Positions 50,500-63,250 of a stretch of 64,000 nt of DNA are shown here, in pieces (the first letter of the stretch is position 1; every line of letters starts with the position of its first letter). A program made the translations under genes and the position numbers. Under the pieces are notes generated by a model that did not search any database, was not told the origin of the DNA, and saw only the letters and a program-made list of their open reading frames with translations. This DNA comes from Octopus sinensis (Eukaryota). The stretch covers positions 57,288,001-57,352,000 of the forward strand of contig NC_043000.1 of NCBI RefSeq assembly GCF_006345805.1. The letters are read 5' to 3'.

Positions 50500-52010
50500 T
50501 GCTTGTCATCAGTGCTTCTGCTGCTTCATGCTCTTGTTTGATAGGACTGGGGTCATCCCAGGTTAGTGGCTCCAGAGACGTCATCATGTGTTGAACTGAC
50601 CAGGTCCACCAGTGCTCTCCATTGCTGATAGTCCAGTGCCAGCTTCTCTGCATACTCCAAACCTTCCTTAATCACATCCACCCATCTGGTGTGGGGCCTG
50701 CCACATGTCCTTTGCCAACCTACAGCTGCTGTGTTAAATGAGAATAAAGACCTTGTAGGATGATTTTGCAGGAGATGGAGAACATGTCCATACCAGTACA
50801 GTGATGGATAGCTATGAAGTGGGTGGCTGTGGGCTCATGCATGCATGCAGTTCTTTGTGGGAAATGTGACGGTACCATCTAATGTTCTTGGTGGTTCACA
50901 TGGCTCTGTAATCAAAGCTGTTTATCCTCTTTGCTTAGGCCTTTGAGAGGAATGACATTTCTGCTCCACAGAGGAAAATGGAGGGGGTTGATGCATTGTA
51001 GATGCTGAGCTTGTCATCAGTAATGTAGTCATATATTTGCAAGCTTGTTCAATTTCAGACAGACTTATCCACAAAAGCCTCTCCTCACATGTTACATCAC
51101 AGAGTAGATCAGAAACAGATCTGGCTTCAATGAGATGCTGATCAATTTAGATAAGTCTAAAGTTTATGAGAGGGTTAATCACCACTACTAAGTAGCTGTC
51201 ATTAGTTCAGGCTGTTTTTTTCCCTGTCTTCTGAGGCTGAACTGCAACAATTTACAGCATTATCTGTTCAAGCATTTGTTTAATCCATCAAGGAAAACCT
51301 TCTTTCCTTTCTCCCATGTATTTAAGTGCTAAAGCCATTGCTGTGGAGATTGAAGACATTGCACAGTACCTGATCAAACTGGAATTCAGAACTATATCTG
51401 CATAGATGGACAACATCAACATCCAGCAGCAGCAGTAACTTCCATCAGTGGAGCTAGCATTCAATTACTGGGTGTCTGATTCACACAGAACCTCCAAGTG
51501 AAGAGAAACTGGAAAGAAGTCATTTGCAGGTTAGCCAGTTTCACTCCAATATAGGCTAATAAAAAACTGTCCCTGAAATGTTGAGCAGAAGTGGTTAATG
51601 CCTACATTTCTTTGGTGATGCATTGCCACTTTCCCATTTTACCTTGTCCCAAGTAATACCCGATCAGATTGGAGTGTATGCTCTTTCACTTTCTGTGGAA
51701 GAGACAGGTTTCACTGGTCAGGAAATCAATCTGCAATCAATACCTTTTCCATAAGCGTCTCAGGATATTGTTGATAATGATATGCAGGTGTGCACTGAAG
51801 CCAATACACCTGCAATGATTCTCAGATTATTGTGAAAATAGAGGTGGTGAACAGTTATGGTTCAATACATCTTTCTACAGCTCTTCTGAGATGTTGATAG
51901 AAATATTGTAGAAGTGTATCAGAAGTGCACTCAACTATCAACTTAAGCAAATGAAGGGCATCTATACTGCTGGTTAACTTCAACTAAGTCTACTTCAAAT
52001 TGCGTCCTAC
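50500..52010 (-). mobile_element. Degenerate RTE LINE RT/C-terminal fragment
   Basis: SIYAD-like motif near 51400 and RPHTRWVDVIK-like C-terminus near 50700 on the minus strand. Confidence 0.6.
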
Positions 52011-52599
52011 CATCTTGAAAGGGAAAGAACACAATCTGAAAAAAGAAAAATACAGGATAATCATACCTGGAAGGCTATTGATAATAGATTTACTCAGTCA
52101 TGACTGAGCAAAAACAATACAAAAGCAATTCATAAACAGAAGTACAAACTCAATGTATTATGCTGTGAAAGAAAAAATATTGATATTTCAAACAATTAGT
52201 ATTTTGTCAATATAAATAGGAGAAAAGAGGGGAAAAAATTATACAAAGGAGGATAATAAATGATTATGAAAGAGGTAGTGTACAAGATGACTGGTTAATG
52301 TCAGACATGCATGGAAAGAATAATGTGGGGAAGAAAGGATGAGGGGCTTTGGCAGGTCAACCAATCAAATAGTGTCTCTCTTGTTGGCTCAACAATAATA
52401 TATTGCTATTGTCTCAAGGGGCAAACTTCATTGAGTATGCCTATGATTAAAGTCATTCCAACAATGGTCATCTTGTGTTTTCCTCATAGAACCCAGGACC
52501 ACATTATCCAACATGACCTGTTTTTTTAAAATAGTAGGATGTGATTTGAGGACATTTTGGTTGCTGGTCTAGCAGCCATGTAGATACTCCCTCTTTAAG

Positions 52600-54290
52600 C
52601 AGGATGCTAAAACTTTTTTGTGTGAAAACAAGGCATCAAGATGTGTGGTAGTTAGTTTGATGTGTGGATGGAAAGGATGTGACATGTATATATGGATGTT
52701 TACCAGTACGTGTAAGGGCAATTCAGTTAACTGCAGGTAAGAGATAGTAGAAATGGAGAAACAGTTGAAGATGAGAACAAGTTCAGTGAGTCAATGAACA
52801 AGCATGGTCTAGTAAGAATTTAAAAGTTAGGTGTCTATTGTTGTGTGGGACGACAGTGTAGAAAGATTTAATATCAATTGTGGAAAGAAGCTTGGAGGGC
52901 CTAGGAAAGGAGAAGGAGTTGAAGAAGTGGAGGTGGCTGCTACCATGTGTGAGAAAGGCTAGTGAAGGCATTTAGATAGGAGTTCAGTGTGACACTTGCA
53001 AATGGAAACAGTGGGACAACCAGGGGCATTAATGTTATGGATCTGGTAGAAGGAGTAGAGGTGAAGATACAGGATGTGTGGATGATGAAGTTTGCTGGTG
53101 TAGGAGGAAGGACAGAAGAAGGGGAGATAGGTTGATATATGGTGGTGGACATGCGTTATTGGTTGAGGGATTATGGTAATTGGGCAACTGAAACAAGAAT
53201 AGAAACTAAAACAATTACCAATTTGCTTCAGTCTTTTAGAGTTAATATAACTCTCTCATGCCATCCTTGCCAGTTGGTTTGACAATACTGTCACGTTGGT
53301 GTCAAAGGTGACAAAGTGCAACAAATTCTGACCAGATTCTTACTGGTCTTAAATGCTTCTGGAAATTGAAGTGGTTCACTGTGTATCTAATGGAGCTGTT
53401 GAGTAGCTTAAGTCTTAAGCTGTTCATGATCAGATATCCAGTCAGATGGCCATTGGCCAAAATCAGTAAAGGGATCAATGTTACTGGGTTCAGTCAGTTT
53501 GTTATAAAAGAAGGCATGTAGCTTGGAATATAGTGACTTCCTACCAAAGATCGAATGCTTAGTTTCAGAGAGTGTTAGGTTGGAGAGTAGAATTACTGTT
53601 GAGTGAAAAAAAAACAGTAGATATGGAGACAATAGGGACTAGATCAGCAAGTTAATAGAACTTGTGATATTTTGTGTGTGAGAAGAAGTCAATGTGGTGG
53701 AAGTAAAAGGCCATGGAACAGGTAATATATGGGGTTCGGGTAGAAGAGAGAATGATTGGTAGATCTTATGGTCCAGTTCAAGGAGACAGAAGCAAATGGC
53801 TTAAATGATGGTATATATGTGGGAAGAGTTCTCAAGAATGGGGTTCAATGGAAGGAGCAAAATAGTCCCAATTAAAAGGAAGATGTAAACCATGAGGCAT
53901 ACCATTGTGATGAATGGATTGATTGACATGTGTTGGTGAAGATAATGTTGGAGATACGCAAGGCTGTGTAGCAGAAAGCAGGAAGAAAGGAGGTTTGGAA
54001 TCATTTAAGGTTATGATGCAAATCCAAGAGAATGAGTTTAAGTATAGTTAATGTAGAAAGATGCAGAAAGAAATTCAATATCTATGTATAAGAGATCTTT
54101 TTTTGTGCTAGTGCAAGGTATATTAAAAGTAAAAACGTGTGTGGTGGGGGAGTCAACAAAAACAATGAATGGAAATACAAAATTGATGTATGATGCTATG
54201 AAGGAAAAGGGGAGATATTCAATATTTCGAAGAGATGGTCCTTTGTCAAGACAGATAAAAGGAGAAGAGGGAAAATCATAATCATATAGA
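52600..54290 (-). mobile_element. Penelope-like element, 5' portion (pLTR-like region, N-terminus, RT start)
   Basis: SHLHFFNSFSFPRPSKLLSTIDIKSFYTVVPHN…LTFKFLLD matches the PLE RT motif LFTMDVxSLYTxIPH; upstream PTPANFII…STRSIT resembles PRTAxFYxLPKIHK…GRPI. Confidence 0.7.
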
Positions 54291-54359
54291 GGGAAAAATG
54301 AGTGCATGTTTATGGCAAAAAGAAAGTAGAAAGTAATAAATAGTTTCTAGCAAAGAAGT

Positions 54360-54720
54360 GTAAAACTTTTATCTCCTCCAACCTAATCCTGATACATCTA
54401 ACATCTTTCCTGTAAAACTTCTCCCTTCCTTCAGTTGTAATTGCAATCTGGATGACCTGGTCTAGTTTTTCACTCCTTACCAAACCCAATCTGAACCCAT
54501 TGCTTGCTCCAACACCTGCTTCTTTAGCCCAAATATCACCCCCACCCCCATCTAATGCAGTCCTGAACCCATTTTCCATGTCTGGATCACTTCATCTACT
54601 CCAACAAAGCTGTCAACTATATCAAATACCAACTCTACCATTTATTGTATATAGAAGAAGCCTATATACCAGCCATAGATAAACAGTGACCCACAGGACT
54701 TTCTGAATAGCATGTCAACA
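54360..54720 (+). mobile_element. Penelope-like 3' fragment (GIY-YIG region), inverted relative to the adjacent piece
   Basis: CNCNLDDLV…NSTIYCI…SLYTSHR…HRTF resembles NLRDLLV…SNVIYCI…LYIGETGR…RF. Confidence 0.5.
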
Positions 54721-54899
54721 AAAAATTACCTTGAATCATTTTAATAGTGTGACCTACTTGAAGATGAGCCATGTCCAGTGTGGCCTGCTTCTCATAAACA
54801 GTTGCCTATGCCTGCTATATACAATGCTTGCCTCAATCAACTTGCTAGATGTAGTAATCAAATCTTTCAAATTACACTCTCCAGTTAATATATACTGTC

Positions 54900-56107
54900 A
54901 CAGAATTTGCTTATTTTAAAGTTACAGACTAGAATTAAAGGGTCTTAGAGTTAATTTAGCAAAGGCCAAAGTATTGATAAGTAGGAAAACAAACAAATCA
55001 CAGATCCCTTCAGAGAGAAGGCTCTGCTAGATGTGTAGAAAAGGAGTTGGGAGAAACTTCATAAGGTGTACCCAGTGCAAGCAATGGACACATAAGAGGT
55101 GCAGTGGTATCACTGGAAGACTAACAGAGAAAGTTGTCTTTACATGTAGCAGGTGTGCAGGTAATTAAACACCAGGAATGTACAAAAAATAGACTCCTTC
55201 AAATGTCAGTGGGAGATCCTCAGATGTAGTTGACAGTTTCAGTTACTTAGGTGGCCAAGTCAGTAGTGAGGGAAGTTGTTCTGAAAGCATAGCTGCTAGA
55301 ATAAGAATAGGCTGGATGAAGTTCAGAGAGCTACTACCCCTGTTAGTAATGAAGGGTCTCTCCCTCAGAGTGAAATGCAGACTGTATGATGCCTGTGTAT
55401 GAACAGCTATGCTACATGGCAGTGAGACTTGGGCTGTGACTACTGAGGATATGCAAAGGCTTGAAACAAATGAAGCCATTAAGCTCTGCTGGATGGGTAA
55501 TGTCAGTGTGCATATATGACAGAGTGTAAGTGATTTGAAAGAAAAATTGAGTATACAAGACATCAGATGTAGTGTGCAAGAGAGATGACAGTGCTGGTAT
55601 GACCATGTGATGTATATGAATGAAGACAGTTGCATGAAGAGGTGCCAATGTCTAATTGTAGAGGAAACAAGTGGAAGGGATACACCCAGAAGACAAGGGA
55701 CAAAGTGGTGAAAAAGGATCTACATATGTTGGGACTCACAGACAGGAGACTGAGACTCCTAGTGGTTTGCTGTGCTTAAAGAGACACATCAAATACATCA
55801 AGCTATCTAAAAGCATGATTGTCCTTGCATACAGGTTTGTCTCCTGCATCCCTCTCCAGCTGAGCATTCCTAATCTTGTGGGCTCGTAGATGCTGGTGCC
55901 ACGTAAATGTACCACATAAAAGCACCCAGTACACTCTGTAAAGTAGTTGGCATTAGGAAGGGCATCCGGCTAAAGAAACCATGCCAAAACAGACATGGAG
56001 CCTGGGCAGCTTGTCAGCTAGCCAGCTCCTGCCAAACCATTCAACTCATGCCAACATGGAAAATAGACGTTAAATTATGGTGGTGGAGATGATGATGATG
56101 ATGATGA
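54900..56107 (+). mobile_element. 5'-truncated RTE LINE with 3'UTR and (ATG)n tail
   Basis: LELKGLRVNLAKAKV…DVVDSFSYLG…GWMKFRELLPLLVMKGLSLRVKCRLYDACV…LHGSETWAV; ends in the family A tail. Confidence 0.9.
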
Positions 56108-56225
<118 letters not shown>

Positions 56226-56227
56226 AT

Positions 56228-56834
56228 AAATTTTCAGAATGCGATAAAAATCCAAGGCTGTGAAAGATTTTAGAATATTTATAAATAGAAGGGCTTACAG
56301 CTGTTTTTGGGATATTTTATATATCCCTTCATTGGAGACGGTGTGAGAAAATGGTTAAGCAATAGTTAATTTAGATAAGATATGAAATAGAGAGTGAAGT
56401 GGAGGAATGAAAACAGATGTGAGATATGCAGGGATATTGCATCTGTAGATCCATAATTTAGGCAGAATGATATACATATAAGATTCCAATACCTTGTAAG
56501 TTCCAATAGTATTTAAAATTGGTCTTTCCAATTTTAAATACTATTTTAAATACTATTGGAACTTACAAGGTATTGGAATCTTATATGTATATCATTCTGC
56601 CTAAATTATGGATCTACAGATGCAATATCCCTGCATATCTCACATCTGTTTTCATTCCTCTACTTCACTCTCTATTTCATATCTTATCTAAATTAACTAT
56701 TGCTTAACCATTTTCTCACACCGTCTCCAATGAAGGGATATATAAAATATCCCAAAAACAGCTGTAAGCCCTTCTATTTATAAATATTCTAAAATCTTTC
56801 ACAGTCTTGGATTTTTATCTCATCCTGAAAATTT
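56228..56834. repeat. ~600-bp near-perfect palindrome with a 5-nt loop
   Basis: 56228-56522 pairs with 56528-56834; about 4 mismatches and one 12-nt duplication seen. Confidence 0.93.
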
Positions 56835-56985
56835 TTTTATATATACACATGCTGATATATGATCTATGTTGGACTCCTTATTCGCATAATCACCAAACCT
56901 GGAGCTCAACTATAGTCTGTCCATGGCATTTACTCAGCATTACCTGACAGCTTTGGGTCTTATTGACACCATTACCTCTCATAAC

Positions 56986-57098
<113 letters not shown>

Positions 57099-58308
57099 CA
57101 GCATATTTCTGATCATTCTGCCATCAAATATGATAACTGAAAATGCTTATTTTCCATGCTTACACATGTACTCCTCTTAGTGATTCTCCCACCATTACTA
57201 TTACTTTGATTCATACAGTGAAATTTATACATTGCTGAAGAGATCTGATAAAGCTGAAACACATCAGAAGTTGTCTTCCATACTTGTTAAATTGATTAAA
57301 ACAATATCATTCACTATATATTATCTTCCCCTCACAATACAACTATTTCTGTATAATGTTTACTATATTAAATATGTTAACACAAACTTAACAGTATTTT
57401 ATTTATTTGATTTTCTTGAAGCAAGTGCTTCTGGCTAGTCCTCTCACTTCAGTTATACCATGTAACGGTTTTTTAAAAATATATTTCCTAAATAAGTACA
57501 CAGCTCTTAGTTCTTGCAGTACTGGTTAGACTATGCCTTGCTTATGAAGTTTAGTATGCTGATGAAGTCTAGTATGACCAAAACATGTCTGCATTTGTTG
57601 CCATACTACCAAAGATTAGAGTTACTATCTTATTTTATTCTATTTCTAATTAATTTAATTTAATTCCTGCTTGTTTTGCAATAAAGTAGGATTAAAAGTT
57701 ATTGATTTCAACCACAGAGCTGAGAGAGACAGCATTGGTATTGGCCTTGTTTAAGTATTAAATTGATCATTGAATGTGCTGTTAACGTTTCTATTTCAAT
57801 TATTTCACTACATAGCTAAGTCATCATCATCACCATCATCATTTTAACATCCACAATTCCATACCCACATGGGTTGGATGGAATTTTTTTAATGTGGATT
57901 TTCTATGGTCAGATGCCCTTCCCATTATCAACCCTCACCTGTGAGGTACTTTCTCTCCCCCCCACTCTCCTGATTTCACATGTTTTTTTTTCAGAAGATT
58001 GGAAATGAAATACATTGCTTGCATGCCAGTGACACTTGTTTACAACTATCATGCAATGTTAAAGCAAGGGGACAGTAACACATGCACACACACACACACA
58101 CACACATATGTATGTGCATGCATATATATACATATATATATATATATCATCATCATCATCATTTAGCGTCCGTTCTCCATGCTAGCATGGGTTGGACGGT
58201 TCAACTGGGGTCTGTGAAGCTGGAAGGCTTCATCAGGCCCAGTCAGATCTGGCAGTGTTTCTACGGCTGGATGCCCTTCCTAACGCCAACCACTCCGTGA
58301 GTGTAGTA

Positions 58309-58339
<31 letters not shown>

Positions 58340-59698
58340 CATACATGCACACACCAAGCTTCTTTCAGTTTCTATCTACCAGATCCACTCACAAGACTTA
58401 AGTCAGCCTGGGGCTATAGTAGAAGACATTTTCCCAAGGTGCTATGCAGTGGGACTGAACCTGAAACAAAGTGGTTGGGAAGAAAACATTTTGTCACACA
58501 ACCATGCCTGTCTCTCATGTATTATCAATATTGAAACCATGATTTATGAATGTTTGAATAAGGCAAATTTATCAAATAGAGATTATATGTTTAAACAGTG
58601 GTATATGATACTCATAAATAGTGAAAGAACTTTAACATATGACAGGTTGCTGAAAAGTTCTGGCTTTGGGTAAAAGAAAATACAGGAGGATCAGTTAATT
58701 ATGATTTTATTGGAGATATTCCCCTCGCAGACCCTCACACTTATTGCAGCGGTCCTTCAGTTTTTCTAAGCCCTGTAAAAGAATTTGGAAGGTTGAGCCT
58801 ACAACCAGGCCTTTCGTGATACGTTTACAGCCAGGAACTTTGCAGCAACCCATCTTATCTATAAAATATTAATGAAATGTGTTTATAGTATAACTGAATT
58901 TCTCTTTAGCATCCAAATCTACCTCAATAGACATCGTTATTTGTAAAATACTAAATCATGTTTTTTGTTGTTTTTTAAGTCATATCCTTTTGGGACAAAA
59001 TACCACCTATAAAGACAGGATGGACACAGTTAAAGATACTGTAAGCTACTTCCATATCTTCATACTTGAACAGAGGTGATTGGGGCTACTCAACAGCAGT
59101 AGGAAAGATTTCAATAGATTGTAGAATTCACACCATAGATCATAAATTTATTTCTGATGACTTCAAAGACGACAACCACAAGAACATGTGGTTGTCATCT
59201 TGGAAGAAGTCTTTTTACAACAAGCACAAGTATTCACTTAATGTATTAAAGTCATACTAAATTATAAATAATAGCCACTAACTCTATTGCTTATCAATAA
59301 ATAACACAATTTCTCATGCCATCATGAAAGAAAATATTTATTAAACATCTGTTGTTGTTTTTTTCTCTTTGTAATGAATATTCCTAAGAAATTAATGTAA
59401 ATGGACACCAGAATGGAAGCAAAAGTTTTATTAAAGTATTGTTATTTAAGCATAGTATGTCATTACTCTAACGACACTCTATGCTTGAATGCCATTTTCT
59501 TTCATACCAATAAATACCATTTCCTGATAAATACATGGAAAACACTCATACACATGACATTACAGACAGTTTGTTACAACAAGAAAATGTCATAGCCAAC
59601 TGAAGTGTCTAACATTTTCAGACTGAGACACAATACAGTTTATTGCTATAAGAGATCACTATGTTCAGACAAGGAACTACCAACAGGAGTAGAGTGTT

Positions 59699-60199
59699 TC
59701 AGTCTTTCATTTTTATGAGATCATCAGTGACTACAACAGACTGGCCAATATTTGGCTGGACACTCTTTGTTTCAGCTGTGACTGGAATGGTCATTTCTAC
59801 AGAGGAATTGGATCTTTTCTCCATATCTCCAACACTGATTTGGAAAGACTCTTCTGTAGCATCATGAATATCATCCTCACAGTAACTTGTGAAAAAACTT
59901 GGAAAAAGCAAAGACAATGAGAAAATGGCTCCACCAGCACAAAAAAGAATAAGACCAATAACTTTACAAACATCAAGCATTTTGTTGTAGCGTTCAGCAT
60001 CTCTGTCGACCATTGCAATTTTTGTATTACTGTTAATATCAATGATGACTTTTCTCTGTGGCACTAAATAACCAACCAGAATCCCAACAATTCCAAAAAA
60101 GAGAAGATTGGCACCAAGCCACAAAAATATCTTCCACCATATTGGAGGACAACGCCTTCTTCGCCTTTGTGGATTCAACAGATAACGGAGACTGTCTTC
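59699..60199 (-). CDS. NRSN1: Neurensin-like (NRSN/vesicular membrane protein p24 family) terminal coding exon, two predicted TM helices
   Basis: ttttcttttgcag acceptor, 166 codons to TGA. WWKIFLWLGANLLFFGIVGILVGYLVP…VDRDAERYNKMLDVCKVIGLILFCAGG parallels vertebrate neurensin (FWKVGLISG…VGFLVP…VDTHAVQFNSALDMYKLAGAVLFCIGG, recalled). The NRSN1 versus NRSN2 distinction is vertebrate-specific. Confidence 0.8.
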   Translation of the reverse strand, partial: EDSLRYLLNPQRRRRRCPPIWWKIFLWLGANLLFFGIVGILVGYLVPQRKVIIDINSNTKIAMVDRDAERYNKMLDVCKVIGLILFCAGGAIFSLSLLFPSFFTSYCEDDIHDATEESFQISVGDMEKRSNSSVEMTIPVTAETKSVQPNIGQSVVVTDDLIKMKD

Positions 60200-61762
60200 C
60201 TGCAAAAGAAAACAAAAATCAACATTAAACATTTGAAATTCTCTTTGAATTAAATTAGGTTTCAAGGAAACTGCATCACTAATTTATGACACAATTAGTT
60301 GAAATAAAACTTAATCAATTCATCAATTAATGTTTGAATTGTGTCACACATACTGAATTCAATTACTTGATATTTCATAATCAATGATATCCATTGATGG
60401 ATTATTTACCTGAGCGACTTTGTTGGAGAGCAACACAATAGGGTTCTTTTTTACATTTTTTTAAACCTTTACGCTTTTGTCAATCACATTTGTGATATAA
60501 GTGTTGTGAAATAGTTACAACCAGGAATTGAAATTATATCAAGGTATTTTATAACTATTCCGTTAACATCTAAGACACTTTATAGGAATATTAATTTCTA
60601 ATATTGATAGAAGGCCACATATGTTTGGTGGGGAGAAGTCCGGTTAATTATATTGACACTAGTATTTCACAGATGTTTAATTTTATCAACTACAGAAGAC
60701 TAAAAAAACCTAGTGGTAGTGCTGCTAGTGGGATTGGAACTCAGAACATAAAGGACTACAGCTTAATACTACAAAGAATTGTGTACAATGCTCTAACAAT
60801 CTTGCCAATTCACTAGTGGGAGTTTACCTTTTATTCTGCACTGATTAATTCATGGAAATAATGTTTACATGAGAAAAAATAGACTGAAGAGTGCAATAAC
60901 CATTGCATAACTGAGTTCCAAGAATTGAACGATGAAGATATAATGATACAAGTACCCAATTAAGCCCTCTCTGAAATTAATTGTTTAACACACACGCATG
61001 CATGCACAATAGACACACACACACATGCACACACACACACACACAAATGGATTTTTGTGCAACTCACTGAATAAACATACTTATTCTGAAGGTAAATAGT
61101 AAGATATAGTTTAAAAGTGAAATGAACTGGGTTGCTGTGAGAACATGTCTAGCACTTTGGGTAGGTTCTTTTATTGGAAAGTGATGGTATCGAATAGGTA
61201 GATTGAAAGTAGTGACAAAAAGAGAGAAGGAGGGGGAGGGAAATTGCGTGGGGGTGGTGTAAAATCATGAAGAATAAGAGTGGGGAAAATTTATTCTCAG
61301 TTTGGTAAGAAACATTTTCTTTTGCTTCTAAAATATCTGTTATCATCTAAAGTGTAATGTTGAAAGTTCAGTAATAACATATCTAAGTTACAAAGTTTTA
61401 AGCATCAAGTTTTCCTCATCTCAGATTCCTTAGGACTCAGATTTCAATAGCCTCAGGTTGCTATTTCGAAAACTGATTGCAACTGGTTCCACTTGTATTG
61501 ATTTTGTACATTAAGGAAAATCACAGATAACATTCAATTAGTATTAATAGAAACATTATTGATTAAGAAACATCTGGGAAGAGAAAGGGACAAAAACAGA
61601 AGAAAAAGAAATCCAAGTATTGAAAGAATTTTCAAAGATTTTAATAATTTGATAATGTAGTTATTTACACTTCTCTCATCTGATATTTCAATACAGAGTT
61701 TAATTCAAACAACAGAGAACTGTAAGATAATAGAGTTGTTTTGCAAGAGAAATTTACTGTAT

Positions 61763-62422
61763 ATAACACCGTGTAACACGATTTTTGTCCTTGGGTAGCA
61801 ACTGTTATTTCCTATTTGTTTACCCCTAGAAAGTATGAAAAATGTTTAATATTTCCTTCAAACTTTGCATTTCTTACATTTATTCAAACCCCAAATAATC
61901 TCTCTCAATACATGGCCATAATGCTCCCCCATAACTCCTGCTCATGATCAGAGACACACTTAGTCAGCCACTAAGTGACATGCTCAAGTGGTTAAGCTCA
62001 GCAACTGACAAGCAAATCTGTGGTGTTGAGCACATACTTCTGCATTAGCATCTCAGCTCTGAATGGAAAATAGGCAGGTCAGTTTCAAAATATTAATGTC
62101 CAGGTCACAAAAGCAGAGTTTAACCCTTTCGTTACCAACCCAGCTGAAACCGGCTCTGGCTCTGAGTACAAATGTCTTGTTTTCATAAGTTGTGAATTAA
62201 AATCTTTCACCAAACCTTAGTCACAATTTATGTTCCTAACACTAGCTGAATGATAACTAAGTTATTATACTAAATTCTTTGTTATATTTAAAGTAATTGA
62301 AAGAAACATAGAGCATCTCAAAATAAATACAGTAACAAAAGGGTTAAAGGGAATAGGAGTCATTTTCATTGATTTCTAAATAAGATTAAAGACAAAATAC
62401 AATAAAAAATTTTGCTACACTC
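61763..62422. mobile_element. Same TIR element, copy 3 (inverted), interrupted by a piggyBac MITE
   Basis: Reverse complement of copy 1; sequence resumes after the TTAA at 62344. Confidence 0.7.
62123..62343. mobile_element. piggyBac-type MITE (CCCTTTCGTTAC TIR, TTAA TSD)
   Basis: TTAA-CCCTTTCGTTAC…GTAACAAAAGGG-TTAA; same TIR as 16407-17612. Confidence 0.85.
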
Positions 62423-63250
62423 TCATTGACTACAGTGTGTATCTGTGCTGAAATTGGTTTCAAACCCAATACAATGAGTATAAGTAATAATTGTTTCTAA
62501 TTTAGGCTCAAGGCCAGCAATTTTGAGAGGCATGTGATGGGGCTAGTTGATAACAACAACCCAAGTGGCTGACTCTATTTTATCAACCCTGAAAGATTGA
62601 AAGGATAAGCTGACCTTGGCAGGATTTGAACTCTGAATGTAAAGAGCCAGTACAAATGCTAAGGTATTTTGTCTGATGCTCTAATGATTCTGCCAATCTA
62701 CTGGTCTCAGTATCACTAATGATATGACAAGAGGGACTGAACATTATAACAAAGAAAACTTGAGTGAAATTTTATCCATTTTTATGTTTATGAAACAACA
62801 AGGGAGCTTCTAATGTGTAATTTATCAACCTGCTAGAAATAGCAGGCAGATTTCTCTCAAGTTACACTCAATCAATCAGCTGCCAATGCTGATAACAGTG
62901 CCATTGCCCATCACCATGTTTTCAGAGCATTTCTAAATAGAGCAGAATAAACATAGAACTAAAGAAATAGCACACCTTGATTATATTTCGTCATTGTCAT
63001 GCAATATTCACTTTTCTAGGCATGGGCCAGACAGAATTTGTTGAAGCAGATTTTCTACAGTCAGATGCCCTTCCTATCACCAACCCTCACCAGTCTCCAA
63101 GCAAAGTAATATTTCTCTATAGCCAGACATGTTTTTTATAGAAGACTAGAAACAAACAACCATAATTGTATGATAATGATGCTCATTTGCAACCAGCACA
63201 TGATTAAACATACACATATATATGAATATATATATATATATATATATATA

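Noticed and set aside
60410-60490. Strong minus-strand donor CAG|gtaaat as the upstream neurensin exon
   Set aside because: In-frame TAA 17 codons upstream, no ATG or acceptor, and no neurensin N-terminal motif.
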